A stretch of 64,000 nucleotides of DNA, from NCBI GenBank assembly GCA_963709345.1, contig CAVPVX010000007.1, positions 713,447-777,446 on the forward strand, read 5' to 3'. Made by a program: the position numbers and the translations under genes. This DNA is from an uncultured Actinomycetes bacterium. GTDB lineage: Bacteria; Actinomycetota; Thermoleophilia; UBA2241. The notes beneath the pieces are model-generated. The model did no database searches. It saw only the letters and a program-made list of their open reading frames with translations, and had not been told where the DNA came from. This document shows positions 53,535-62,827 of the stretch, in pieces (position 1 is the stretch's first letter; every line of letters begins with the position of its first letter).

Positions 53535-54836
53535 CTAGCCGCGACGGCTTGCGAGCGCGATGACGTTGTCGGGCGCGGGCTGCGCATCCTCGGCCGCCTT
53601 CGTCTCAGCCTGCTCGAGGGCGGCCCTCGTCACCTCGTCGAGCCCTGCCACCGCCTTCGCCCGCGCGGCGGTGGTGAGGCGCACGTAGTGCCGCAGCGTG
53701 GTCGCCGGGTCGGAGTGCCCGAGCCACTCCTGCGCCTGCTTGACCCCGTAGGTCTCGTAGACCCAGGTGCCGAACGAGTCTCTGAGCCCGTGGATCGGAA
53801 GGTGCGGGTCGATCTTCTGGCGAGCGACCCAGTTCCACCACTGGCTCTTGAGGGTCGAGGGCGCCATCTGGGTGCCGTCCTTCTTGGGGACCACGCGGCC
53901 GGCCTCGTTCCAGGCCGGGCCCTGGGCCAGGCGGTACTCCTTCTGGGCGGCGAGCCAGACGCGCAGCTCGTCGCAGGCCGCGGCGGGCAGCGGCACGGTC
54001 CGCGCCTTGCCGTTCTTGGGCGGGTACTCGAGCAGCGTGCCGTCCTCGTCCTCTTCGACGGTGCGGGACACGGTGACGAAGCCGCGCTCGAGGTCGAGGT
54101 CGCTCCAAAGCAGGCCCGCGATCTCACCGACGCGCAGGCCGGAGAAGCCGGCGAGCACGCCGGCGGCGTGGACCTGCAGGCCGCGCGCCTTGATCACCGT
54201 GCTCGCGATCTCCTCCATGCTCCAGACCGGGCGCGTCTTCGGGCGCAGGGCGGGCGGGTTCTTGACGCGCAGCGCCGGGTTCACGAGCAGCAGCTCCTCC
54301 TCGAGCGCCCAGTTGTAGGCGGTCTTGAGCATCGCGTGGTGGTGGGCGACGGTGGTCTCGGCCAGCGGCTTCGCCTTCTTGCTCCCCCGCAGCTTCGCGG
54401 CGTAGTAGGTCGAGAGCTGCGCGCGGGTCAGCTTGCCGGCGAGCACCTGGCCGAGCGCGGGGTCCACGTGGATCCGGCGGATGCGGCGGTAGGAGTTGTA
54501 GCTGGCGACGCGCATCTCGCCGCGGGTCGCCTCGAGCCAGCGGTCGAGGAGCTCCGATAGCTGAAGACGATCGGGGTCCATGGTGCGGTGCGACTCTAGC
54601 TCGGCGATCCATGTCTCCAGCAGTCGCTCGGCGGCCTTCTTGCCCTTGGCCTCGACCACCTTGGTCGTCTTCGGGTAGCGCTGCTTCTGCCGGCCCTTCG
54701 AGTCGAGGACGGGCTGCCCGTCCCTGTCGAACGCAGGCTCGGAGGGCAGGTTCACCCACAGCTGCCAGCGGCCGCGCACGGGGACGCCGTTCTTCTTGAC
54801 CGGGTAGACGAAGCCGGTGAGGCGGAAGGGGTCCAT
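53535..54836 (-). CDS. Tyrosine integrase
   Basis: GLRVGE (R), PKNG (K), HGLR, LGHS, TLRHY (Y); N-terminal arm-binding and SAM-like region. Confidence 0.93.
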   Translation of the reverse strand: MDPFRLTGFVYPVKKNGVPVRGRWQLWVNLPSEPAFDRDGQPVLDSKGRQKQRYPKTTKVVEAKGKKAAERLLETWIAELESHRTMDPDRLQLSELLDRWLEATRGEMRVASYNSYRRIRRIHVDPALGQVLAGKLTRAQLSTYYAAKLRGSKKAKPLAETTVAHHHAMLKTAYNWALEEELLLVNPALRVKNPPALRPKTRPVWSMEEIASTVIKARGLQVHAAGVLAGFSGLRVGEIAGLLWSDLDLERGFVTVSRTVEEDEDGTLLEYPPKNGKARTVPLPAAACDELRVWLAAQKEYRLAQGPAWNEAGRVVPKKDGTQMAPSTLKSQWWNWVARQKIDPHLPIHGLRDSFGTWVYETYGVKQAQEWLGHSDPATTLRHYVRLTTAARAKAVAGLDEVTRAALEQAETKAAEDAQPAPDNVIALASRRG

Positions 54837-55130
54837 GCCGGCACACTATCGCGCGGGTCGGTGGGAATCAGCGCCGCAGAGGCGCGCCCGCGCGTCATAG
54901 GCAGTCTGCCTTTCGCGCACTCCTAGCCTCGTGGTAGCGTGCATATGCAGAAGGGGCCGTCTGCATTTGGTGCTTATGCAGACTGTCTAGTCCTTGTTGG
55001 GCGGATGGAGGTTCGTGGTGGTCGGCGAGAATGACTGGGTCCCGTCGGCCGGCGTGTTGAGGCCCTCCGCCACCGCAAGCGCATCCACGCATTCCTCATC
55101 GGGCGCCTCGAAGAGCAGGAGAGTAGGCGG

Positions 55131-55574
55131 ATGACCCAGCCAGAAGGAATGTGGAGAAAGACGTCAGTACTGGCCGCAGGGGGAGGACTGGGATTCTGGC
55201 TGGCCAACTTCGCGATCTCCCTGACTCCCATCGCGGCGGACTACAGAGCTGCTCTCTCGATTTCCTACGTGCCAATGCTTCTTCAAGCTCTTCTTGGTGG
55301 TTTGATCCTCGGTTGCTGCGTCGGCTACGCTCTGCTGCGCTTCTTCGACAAGATCCCGACGAAGACTCCGATTCTGAAGGCCGTACTCCTGAGCTTGATC
55401 GTCCTAGTCCTTGTCACAGTGCTCGTCGAGGTTCCCGCGAAGTTCCTCACGACAACGAGTGATGCGTGGCGCTACTTCCTCATCGCCGCACTGTTCAACG
55501 TACTGAGGATCCTGGCTCTGGGAGTGGCCGTCGGCTCTCTCTACGACAGGGTCAACGGGCGTGTGACAAGGTGA
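55131..55574 (+). CDS. Hypothetical 4-TM membrane protein
   Basis: Four hydrophobic segments; lower GC than flanks. Confidence 0.7.
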   Translation: MTQPEGMWRKTSVLAAGGGLGFWLANFAISLTPIAADYRAALSISYVPMLLQALLGGLILGCCVGYALLRFFDKIPTKTPILKAVLLSLIVLVLVTVLVEVPAKFLTTTSDAWRYFLIAALFNVLRILALGVAVGSLYDRVNGRVTR

Positions 55575-55626
55575 GCGCGGTGCGCCCGCCGAGTCGGCGT
55601 GCCGTATCTACGTAGGGGGGGACCGG

Positions 55627-56340
55627 ATGCCTACCGGTACGATCGATCGCTTGTCGCGGGACAAGATTGCCAGAATCGCGGGCGGCTTCTACCTTGCGTT
55701 CGTCCTGGCATCCGTGCTTGCCGGCTTGCTTGGGCACATCGGGATGGGTGGAGTCGACCAGGTCTACGAGTCGATCGTCACGCATACCTGGTCCTTCCGG
55801 CTCGCTCTTGTTGTCGCGCTGATGTCGGCCTTCCTCTTCCTCATGGCCGCCTGGGGTCTCTACGTTCTTCTGCGACCGGTCGACCAGCACCTGGCGTTGC
55901 TCTTCCTCCTGCTCAACGCGGTCGGTGTGGCCATCCAGTGCGCGAGCATGTTCCCGCTCATATCGGCGTTGCTGCAGGGAGACGCGGCCGGCCACATGCA
56001 GGCCTACTCGGCGGCGCAGCTGGAGGGGCTGGCGTACTTGTCCATCGGCGTCTACAAGACCGGTTTCATCACGGCCCAGCTGTTCTTCGGCACCTGGCTG
56101 TTCCCGCTCGGCTACCTGGTCTACAAGTCTGAGTTCCTTCCCAGGTTCCTGGGCGTCATTCTGATGCTTGACGGCATCGGCGTCCTGATCTGGTTCCTTC
56201 AGGCTCTGCTGCTGCCGGCCTACCCAGCGATCAGTTACCCGGCATGGGCCCTGGGCTTCATCGCGGAAGTCGGACTGGCATTGTGGCTCCTCGTCAAGGG
56301 CGTGAAGGTCGTCGACGCCGAAATGGCCCAGCCGGGCTGA
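55627..56340 (+). CDS. DUF4386 membrane protein
   Basis: ARIAGGFYL, LYVLLRPV, FFGTWLFPLGYLVYKS..LPRFLG. Confidence 0.85.
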   Translation: MPTGTIDRLSRDKIARIAGGFYLAFVLASVLAGLLGHIGMGGVDQVYESIVTHTWSFRLALVVALMSAFLFLMAAWGLYVLLRPVDQHLALLFLLLNAVGVAIQCASMFPLISALLQGDAAGHMQAYSAAQLEGLAYLSIGVYKTGFITAQLFFGTWLFPLGYLVYKSEFLPRFLGVILMLDGIGVLIWFLQALLLPAYPAISYPAWALGFIAEVGLALWLLVKGVKVVDAEMAQPG

Positions 56341-56508
56341 TCGGAGTCCTCCGACGTTGCCAACTCCCCAGCAGCCCGCACCGCCCAACAAGGGCATCGA
56401 GCAGAACGCCACACGGTAGACTGACCTGAGAGGGTATGCGCGTCTGCTCATGCCCAACACGTTGGACGGACGGATTCGGACCACTGCGAACGCACGAACC
56501 GGAGACCC

Positions 56509-57490
56509 ATGAGAGCAGTAGTGTGCACGGACTACGGACCACCGGATGTTCTTCAACTCAGAGACGTGGCGAAGCCCGTTCCGAAGGACAATGAAGTGCT
56601 GGTTCGAATCCGCGCCACGACGGTGAGCGCGGCCGATTGCGAGCTGCGGAGATTCGACTTCGCCCCTCTGGATTTGGGTGCCCATGCGGCTGGCGTTCGG
56701 CATCCGCAGGCCAAGACAATCCGTGCTCGGGCAGGAGCTTGCCGGTGACATCGAGTCGGTGGGCAAAGATGTCAGGTCGTTCAGGAAGGGCGACCGGGTC
56801 TTCGCGGCGACGGGCATCGGGCTGGGAGCCTACGCGGAGTACATCTGCCTGCGCGAGAACCCCCAGACCGGGGCGATCGCGACGATGCCGGCGAACCTGA
56901 GCTACGAGGAGGCTGCGGCCGTACCCTACGGGGGAGGCGAGGCCTTGGAGTTCCTGCGGAAGGCGAACGTCCGGAGCGGACAGAGGGTCCTGGTCAACGG
57001 AGCGGGAGGGAGCTTCGGCACGTTCGCGGTCCAACTCGCCAAGGTCCTCGGGGCTCACGTGACCGCGGTGGACAGCGCGCCGAAGCTGGAGATGCTGCGC
57101 ACGATCGGCGCGGATCGCGTCATCGACTACTCCCAGGAGGACTTCACCGACGGCTCTGAGACCTACGACGTCATCTTCGACGTGGTCCGCGACACACCGT
57201 CCGGTCGCATGGTGAGGTCACTGACCGAGAACGGATGCCTGCTCATGGCCAATCCGGGTTTCTTGCAGATCGTTCGCGCCAGGTGGGCGTCGAGGGGGAG
57301 CAAGAAGCGGGTGTCGTTCGCGGCATCGAGCGGAACGAGCGAGGACCTGGCCTACCTGCGAGGCTTGGTCGAAGCGGGGAAGCTGCGCCCGGTCATCGAC
57401 CGGCGCTTTCCGCTGGAGCAGATGGTCGAGGCTCACCGGTACGCCGAGACCGGGCAGAAGTTGGGGAACATCGTTGTCATCGTTGCGTAG
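56509..57490 (+). pseudogene. NAD(P)-dependent alcohol dehydrogenase/quinone oxidoreductase, frameshift near 56665
   Basis: MRAVVCTDYGPPDVL..EVLVRI, then GQELAG..VLVNGAGGSFG..PVIDRRF in a second frame. Confidence 0.82.
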
Positions 57491-57553
57491 TTGCGGCCGC
57501 GATCGCCAGCCTCCTCGGGGGTGCTGGGCGGGCACTCAACCTGAGGAGACACC

Positions 57554-58526
57554 ATGAGGGCAGTCATCCAGACCGGCTACGGTTCAGCGGACGTGATGGA
57601 GCTCAGGGAGATCGAGAAGCCCACGCCGGGGGACGGTGAGGTGCTCGTCCGCGTACTGGCGGCCTCGCTTGCCGCTGGCGAGTACTACGGGATGAGGGGC
57701 AAGCCGTTCCCGATACGGATGTACATCGGGTTCCCTCAGGCCCAAGAAGGACTTTGTCGTCGGCCTCGATTGCGCGGGAGTCGTTGAAGCAGTCGGCAAG
57801 GATGTGACCCGTTTCCAGCCTGGTGACGAGGTGTACGGCCAGTGCCGCGGCTCGTGCGCCGAGTATGCGGTCGCCAAGGAGGGCGGTCTCGCGCCCAAGC
57901 CAGCGAACCTCTCGTTCGAGCAGGCCGCGGCCGTACCCACATCCGCCTGCACCGCTCTCCAGGGCCTCCGCGACCACGGCAAGGTCGCGGCCAGGGCAGA
58001 AGGTGCTCATCAACGGCGCGTCGGGGGGTGTGGGGCCTTTTGCCGTCCAGATCGCCAAGGCCCTCGGCGCCGAGGTGACCGCTGTCTGCAGCACGAGGAA
58101 CGTGGAGATGGTCCAGTCTATCGGCGCGGACCACGTCATCGACTACACCCAGGAGGACTTCACACAGGGCGGGCCGCGCTACGACGTGATCATGGACAAC
58201 GTCGCCAGTCACTCGTTGTCGGCCACGCGCCGCGCGCTCACGCCGGACGGGGTCCTCATCCCGAGCAGCGGTCACGCCGGCATGGGCTGGATCATCGCCG
58301 CAGCACTGACTGCGGTCTTCGTGCGTCAGCAGGGCAAGCCCCTTCGTCGCTTCCACCAACAGTGCGGATCTGGCTGTGCTCGCGGAACTCATCGAGGCCG
58401 GCAAGGTCACTCCGGTCATCGATCGAACGTATCCGCTGAGCGATGCTGCCAGACGCCTTCCGGTATCTGGACGAAGGTCACGCTCGCGGGAAGGTCGTCA
58501 TCACCGTGGAGGATGAGAGCGCCTAG
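57554..58526 (+). pseudogene. Second NAD(P)-dependent ADH paralogue with multiple frameshifts
   Basis: MRAVIQTGYGS.., VGLDCAGVVEAVG, VLINGASGGVG, PVIDRTYPL, GHARGKVVI spread over several frames. Confidence 0.82.
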
Positions 58527-58774
58527 CGCCGATCACCTTGGGGGGAGGCGGTCGAACCATGATGGATGTGAGGATCACGCTCTCGGGACTACGGGTGGTT
58601 CCGCACTGAGTAGGTGACGGGGCGGGCGCCGTCCAACAACGGCATCCAGCAGACTCGGCGCGCGGGGAGGCAGACTCAGCTGAGGACGCTGCGGGCGCGC
58701 CTCGCAGCTGATGCCGAACAACGTTGGGCACACAGCGTGTCATCGTGGACGGGAGGCGTCTTGGAGCATCCAGC

Positions 58775-58966
58775 ATGAGCAAGGGGCTCAGGCTCTGGGC
58801 CCTTCTGGCCGCTGCGGTCGTCCTCGGAGTCTGCGTGGTCGGCATCGTTCTAGTAGACGCCTCGCTGGGCCTGGGCCGGGTCGCTGTCCTCTTCTTGGCA
58901 GCGGGCGCCGTGGTTTGCGCGGCCCTCGTGGTCCTGGCGATTGCGGCGTCACCGAGATCCCGATGA
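58775..58966 (+). CDS. Small 2-TM protein
   Basis: MSKGLRLWALLAAAVV..; two hydrophobic helices. Confidence 0.45.
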   Translation: MSKGLRLWALLAAAVVLGVCVVGIVLVDASLGLGRVAVLFLAAGAVVCAALVVLAIAASPRSR

Positions 58967-59267
58967 TGGACCGTGGGGCGCGGCTGGTGCCCAACAAGCG
59001 GAGCTGACTCGCCGCGGCGCCGGCGGCCTCACGAGAAGCCGGCGCGCTCGCAGCCTTTCCGGGATGCGTTCTGAGAGCGAGAATCGGCCAGCTGACGGGG
59101 TCCGGTGGGCCAGCGAGTGACGCCGCCGGCTAATCCAGGCAAGTTGCGAAAAAGCTGCCAATTCTGCAGGGAACTGCAGGCTCGACCTCGAGCGGCAGGC
59201 ATCCTCATCGAGCAGGATTGACCCGTCTTGGCCTCGGATGGACCCGACTTGGCCCGCAGGCTGCGGA

Positions 59268-59360
59268 TTTAGGAAACCTGTGCTCTATCCACTGAGCTAC
59301 GAGGGCATTGTGCCGATTTACAGGGGTTTTTCCTCTGCGACAGCCGGACCAGAATACCAG
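59268..59360 (-). repeat. tRNA-Arg 5' half plus 54-bp leader (att copy)
   Basis: 92/93 identical to 52525-52617; identity ends at the 3' edge of the anticodon loop. Confidence 0.92.
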
Positions 59361-59483
59361 GCTGCAAAATCCGCAGGAATACCGCGACGGACATACCCAA
59401 GATCATCGGCGCGCGCTGCGGCGCGCTCGGTGGCTTCCCGCGCAATCTCATCGGGGCCTCAGAGCCTTCAGACCCCGGACTTG

Positions 59484-59523
59484 CGGCTCCGGCCGCCGTC
59501 CCTAAGGACGGCGGCCGGAGCCG
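59484..59523. terminator. Perfect 18-bp hairpin with CTAA loop
   Basis: cggctccggccgccgtcc-ctaa-ggacggcggccggagccg downstream of the ester cyclase gene; no U tract. Confidence 0.55.
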
Positions 59524-59600
59524 GGCGATGCGAACTCTGAGCCGACAAGCTGATCGGCAGTTGACCACCCGCAGCCGTCGTTCACTCCGCGCCTTCGTGC

Positions 59601-60086
59601 TCACCCCATCTGCGCCGGCGTGCCGGTGGCGACGCGGCGAACGTCAGCGCCCGAGGAAGAGTTCGTGCCTGGCGGCTCTGCCAGCCCGAGCTGGAAGAGC
59701 GCACCGAGTCGATCAGGGACGCCCCAGTGCTCCGCCAGGAGTCCGTCCTCGATGCGAACGACGTCGATGACATCGATACGGATCCGGCGACCGGTCGGTG
59801 CATGACCCATGAAGCGACCGTCGTTCGTCCCGGTGCCGGTCATGCGCAGCCAGACGGTGTCGCCGCTGACGGCGAGATCGTCGATGGTGAGATGAAAGTC
59901 GGAGAAGGCGCGTCGCAGCGAGGAGATGACCGCTTTGGTGCCCTCGGCTCCGGGAGCGTGGTCGGGTCCGAAGTTCTGATGCTCGACCATGCTGGGGGAG
60001 GTGAGTTCGTCGGCGACGCTGAGGTCGCCCTGGTTGAAGCCCTCCTCGATGAGGCGGCGGGCGGTTGTCTCTGGGCTGGAAGCCAT
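59601..60086 (-). CDS. SnoaL-like ester cyclase
   Basis: AFSDFHLTIDDL..GDTVW..GTGTNDGRFMG..PTGR..EHWG. Confidence 0.88.
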   Translation of the reverse strand: MASSPETTARRLIEEGFNQGDLSVADELTSPSMVEHQNFGPDHAPGAEGTKAVISSLRRAFSDFHLTIDDLAVSGDTVWLRMTGTGTNDGRFMGHAPTGRRIRIDVIDVVRIEDGLLAEHWGVPDRLGALFQLGLAEPPGTNSSSGADVRRVATGTPAQMG

Positions 60087-60103
60087 GGTGTCCTCCATTT
60101 ACA

Positions 60104-60118
60104 TACAGTTTTACTGTA
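60104..60118. promoter_or_regulatory. Probable TetR operator
   Basis: Palindrome tacagt-ttt-actgta between divergent tetR and cyclase genes. Confidence 0.6.
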
Positions 60119-60135
60119 GTTGATACTGTGTTACT

Positions 60136-60804
60136 ATGCCCACTGTGTCGGGAAACGAACATCGGCCTCGCCCCTATCGCTCCGAGCTCCGCCGCGCCCA
60201 GGCTGAGCAGACCCGTGCCCTCGTGCTCGATGCCGCCGCCGGCCTGTTCGAGGAGCGCGGGTACGAAGGCACGAGCATCGCGGCGATCGCCGAGACGGCT
60301 CGCGTGTCGGCCGAAACCGTCTATGCACGCTTCGGGACCAAGCGCGCCGTGCTCGGCGAGCTCGTCCGCCGCGCGGTCCGCGGCGACGACCAGGCACCCG
60401 TGCCCGAACAAGCGGGTCCGCGAGCGATCGCCGCCGTCACCGACCAGCACGAGCAGCTGCGGCTGTTCGCCGCCGACATCTCCCTCCGCCTCGAACGCGC
60501 GGCGCCGCTCGTCACGATCGTCGGGGGCGTCGCGCGATCCGACCCCGAGCTGGCGGACCTCCTCGCCGCGCTGCACGCCGACCGGCTGAAGAACCTCCGC
60601 AGCCTCGTCGACGCCCTTGCTGTCAACGGGCCGCTCCGGCTCGAGAAGGACGAGGCCGTCGACACGGTCTGGGCGCTGACGAGCCCCGAACTGCACCAGC
60701 TCCTCATCCGCGTTCGGGGCTGGACAAGGCAGCGCCACCGCGACTGGCTCGCCACGAGTCTCGCCGAGCTTCTGCTGCCGCAGGTCAGTCCAGGCAGGGC
60801 ATGA
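60136..60804 (+). CDS. TetR/AcrR regulator
   Basis: RPYRSELRRAQAEQTR, TSIAAIAETARVSAETVYARFGTK. Confidence 0.92.
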   Translation: MPTVSGNEHRPRPYRSELRRAQAEQTRALVLDAAAGLFEERGYEGTSIAAIAETARVSAETVYARFGTKRAVLGELVRRAVRGDDQAPVPEQAGPRAIAAVTDQHEQLRLFAADISLRLERAAPLVTIVGGVARSDPELADLLAALHADRLKNLRSLVDALAVNGPLRLEKDEAVDTVWALTSPELHQLLIRVRGWTRQRHRDWLATSLAELLLPQVSPGRA

Positions 60805-60852
60805 GGGCGTCGCCACGCGACCCGCTTTGCGGGTTGCCCACGCACGGGGAAG

Positions 60853-61475
60853 TCAGCGACGGCGGCTTGCGAGCGCGACGACGTTGTCGCGGCGCGGCCG
60901 GGCGTCGTCGAGGATCTTCTCCTCGGCGCCCTCGAGGGCGGCTCTCGTGACCTCGTCCAGACCCACCACCGCCTTCGCCCGCGCCGCCGTGGTGAGGCGC
61001 ACGTAGTGCCTGAGCGTGGTCGCCGGGTCGGAGTGCCCGAGCCACTCCTGCGCCTGCTTGACCCCGTAGTCTCGTAGACCCAGGTACCGAACGAGTCGCG
61101 CAGGCCGTGGATCGGGAGGTGCGGGTCGGTCTTCTGGCGCGCGACCCAGTTCCACCACTGGCTCTTGAGGGTCGAGGGCGCCATCTGGGTGCCGTCCTTC
61201 TTGGGGACGACCCTCCCCGCCTCGTTCCAGGCCGGGCCCTGGGCCAGGCGGTACTCCTTCTGCGCAGCGAGCCAGACGCGCAGCTCGTCGCAGGCAGCGG
61301 CCGGCAGCGGCACGGTACGCGCCTTGCCGTTCTTCGGCGGGTACTCGAGCAGCGTGCCGTCCTCGTCCTCCTCGATGGTGCGGCAGACGGTGACGAAGCC
61401 GCGCGTGAGATCGAGGTCGGACCAGAGCAGTCCCGCGACCTCCCCGACCCCGAGCCCCGAGAACCCCCAGCCGTG
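60853..61475 (-). pseudogene. Truncated paralogue of the 53.5-54.8 kb integrase
   Basis: Near-identical C-terminal half; catalytic GLRVGE changed to GLGVGE; frameshift near 61068; N-terminus absent. Confidence 0.88.
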
Positions 61476-61678
61476 GCGGGCCGGCCCTTCGCTAGGGGTG
61501 GGATGTAGCCACAACTCCCGCCGGAGTGCCGGCCGCAGCGGCCGGGGTGATGTGCACGTTGGCTCAAGATACGTCGTAACTTCTGATGGATAGCGCATGC
61601 AGTAGAGTATTCATTGACGTATTGCCATGCGCAGTGTACATTGTCTGCGGATTTCGGTGTCTCTGATGGGGGGCCAAA

Positions 61679-62123
61679 GTGCTGATGAAGGAAGACAACC
61701 TGGAGCTCGTGCGTCAGCTCAAGGACGGGCGCAGGTCGTACCGTGAGATCGCCCGAGAACTCTCCCTGTCCGAGAACACCGTCCGTTCGCGCGCGAAGGC
61801 TCTGCTGGACCACGGGGGCATGGAGATCACAGCGCTCGTCGACCCCGGGGAGCTGCCTCAGCACCAGCTCGTCTACGTCGGGCGTCAGCCTGGACACCAT
61901 GGACTTCATGGGCAAGGCGAAGGAGTTCGGCGAGCTGCGCGGCGTGATCTCCGTGGCGGCCGTCACCGGGCGCTTCCACCTGATCCTGCAGGTGCTCTTC
62001 GCGCCCGACTTCGGCCTCCTCGAGTTCTTCCGGGACGAGGTCAGCACCATCGAGCATGTGAGCTACTGCGAGACGTTCGTCGTCTTCGGCAGCGAGAATC
62101 TCCACGTGCCCTACGTTCACTGA
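61679..62123 (+). pseudogene. Lrp/AsnC regulator, frameshift near 61880
   Basis: DGRRSYREIARELSLSENTVRSR HTH; AAVTGRFHLILQV domain in a second frame. Confidence 0.82.
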
Positions 62124-62167
62124 TTCATGACTCGAGGAGAGGCAAGCATGCACGCGAGGGCATCGCG

Positions 62168-62827
62168 ATGACTGGGAGTCCCAGCGCCATCGAGCGCATC
62201 CGTGCGGCATTTGCGGGTGGGGAGTTCGACGAGGTAAGGCCTTTGATCCAGCGGGGGCTGGACGAAGGCGCGGACCCCGGCGCTCTCTTGGACGACGGCA
62301 TGATCCCGGGGCTCCGGGAGGTCGGCGAGCAGTTCCAGCGCTCTGAGGTGTATCTGCCCGAGATGATGATGGCAGCCGACGCTTGGCAGGAGGGCATGGA
62401 CCTCCTGGGCCCGCTGCTCGCCGCCCAGGGGCGAGGGGGCGAGGCCAAGGCCAAGGTCGTCCTCGGCTCGGTCAAGGGCGACGTGCACTCCCTCGGCAAG
62501 AGCATCGTGGCGACGATGCTGCAGACGGCGGGCTTCGAGGTGATCGACCTCGGCTGCGACGTGCCTGCGGCCGGGTTCGTCGAGGCGGCCGAGAAGGCGA
62601 AGGCGGACATCATCGCCCTCTCGGCGCTCATGACCACGACGATGGCGCAGCAGCAGGACGTCATCCAGTACCTGGAGGCCCGGGGAAGCAGGGCCGACTA
62701 CTACGTGATGGTGGGCGGAGGCCCGACGACCGCCGGATGGGCCGAGGAGATCGGCGCCGACGGCTACGGGCGGACGGCGGCCGATGCCGTGGACCTCGCG
62801 CTCGCGTATGTTGAGGCCGGCCGATGA
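62168..62827 (+). CDS. Methyltransferase cognate corrinoid protein (MtmC/MttC-like)
   Basis: GLREVGEQF..YLPEMM cap, VKGDVHSLGK (DxHxxG), SALMTTT, MVGGGP, IGADGY. Confidence 0.93.
   Translation: MTGSPSAIERIRAAFAGGEFDEVRPLIQRGLDEGADPGALLDDGMIPGLREVGEQFQRSEVYLPEMMMAADAWQEGMDLLGPLLAAQGRGGEAKAKVVLGSVKGDVHSLGKSIVATMLQTAGFEVIDLGCDVPAAGFVEAAEKAKADIIALSALMTTTMAQQQDVIQYLEARGSRADYYVMVGGGPTTAGWAEEIGADGYGRTAADAVDLALAYVEAGR

Larger units (their letters stand above)
52525..59360. mobile_element. Integrative element (about 6.8 kb) duplicating the tRNA 5' half
   Basis: 93-bp direct repeats at 52525-52617 and 59268-59360; intact integrase; similar arm-like arrays inside both ends. Confidence 0.8.

Noticed and set aside
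61679-62827. 382-aa Lrp-corrinoid fusion ORF
   Set aside because: Caused by a frameshift near 61880; the Lrp C-terminal domain is in another frame and the corrinoid gene has its own ATG at 62168
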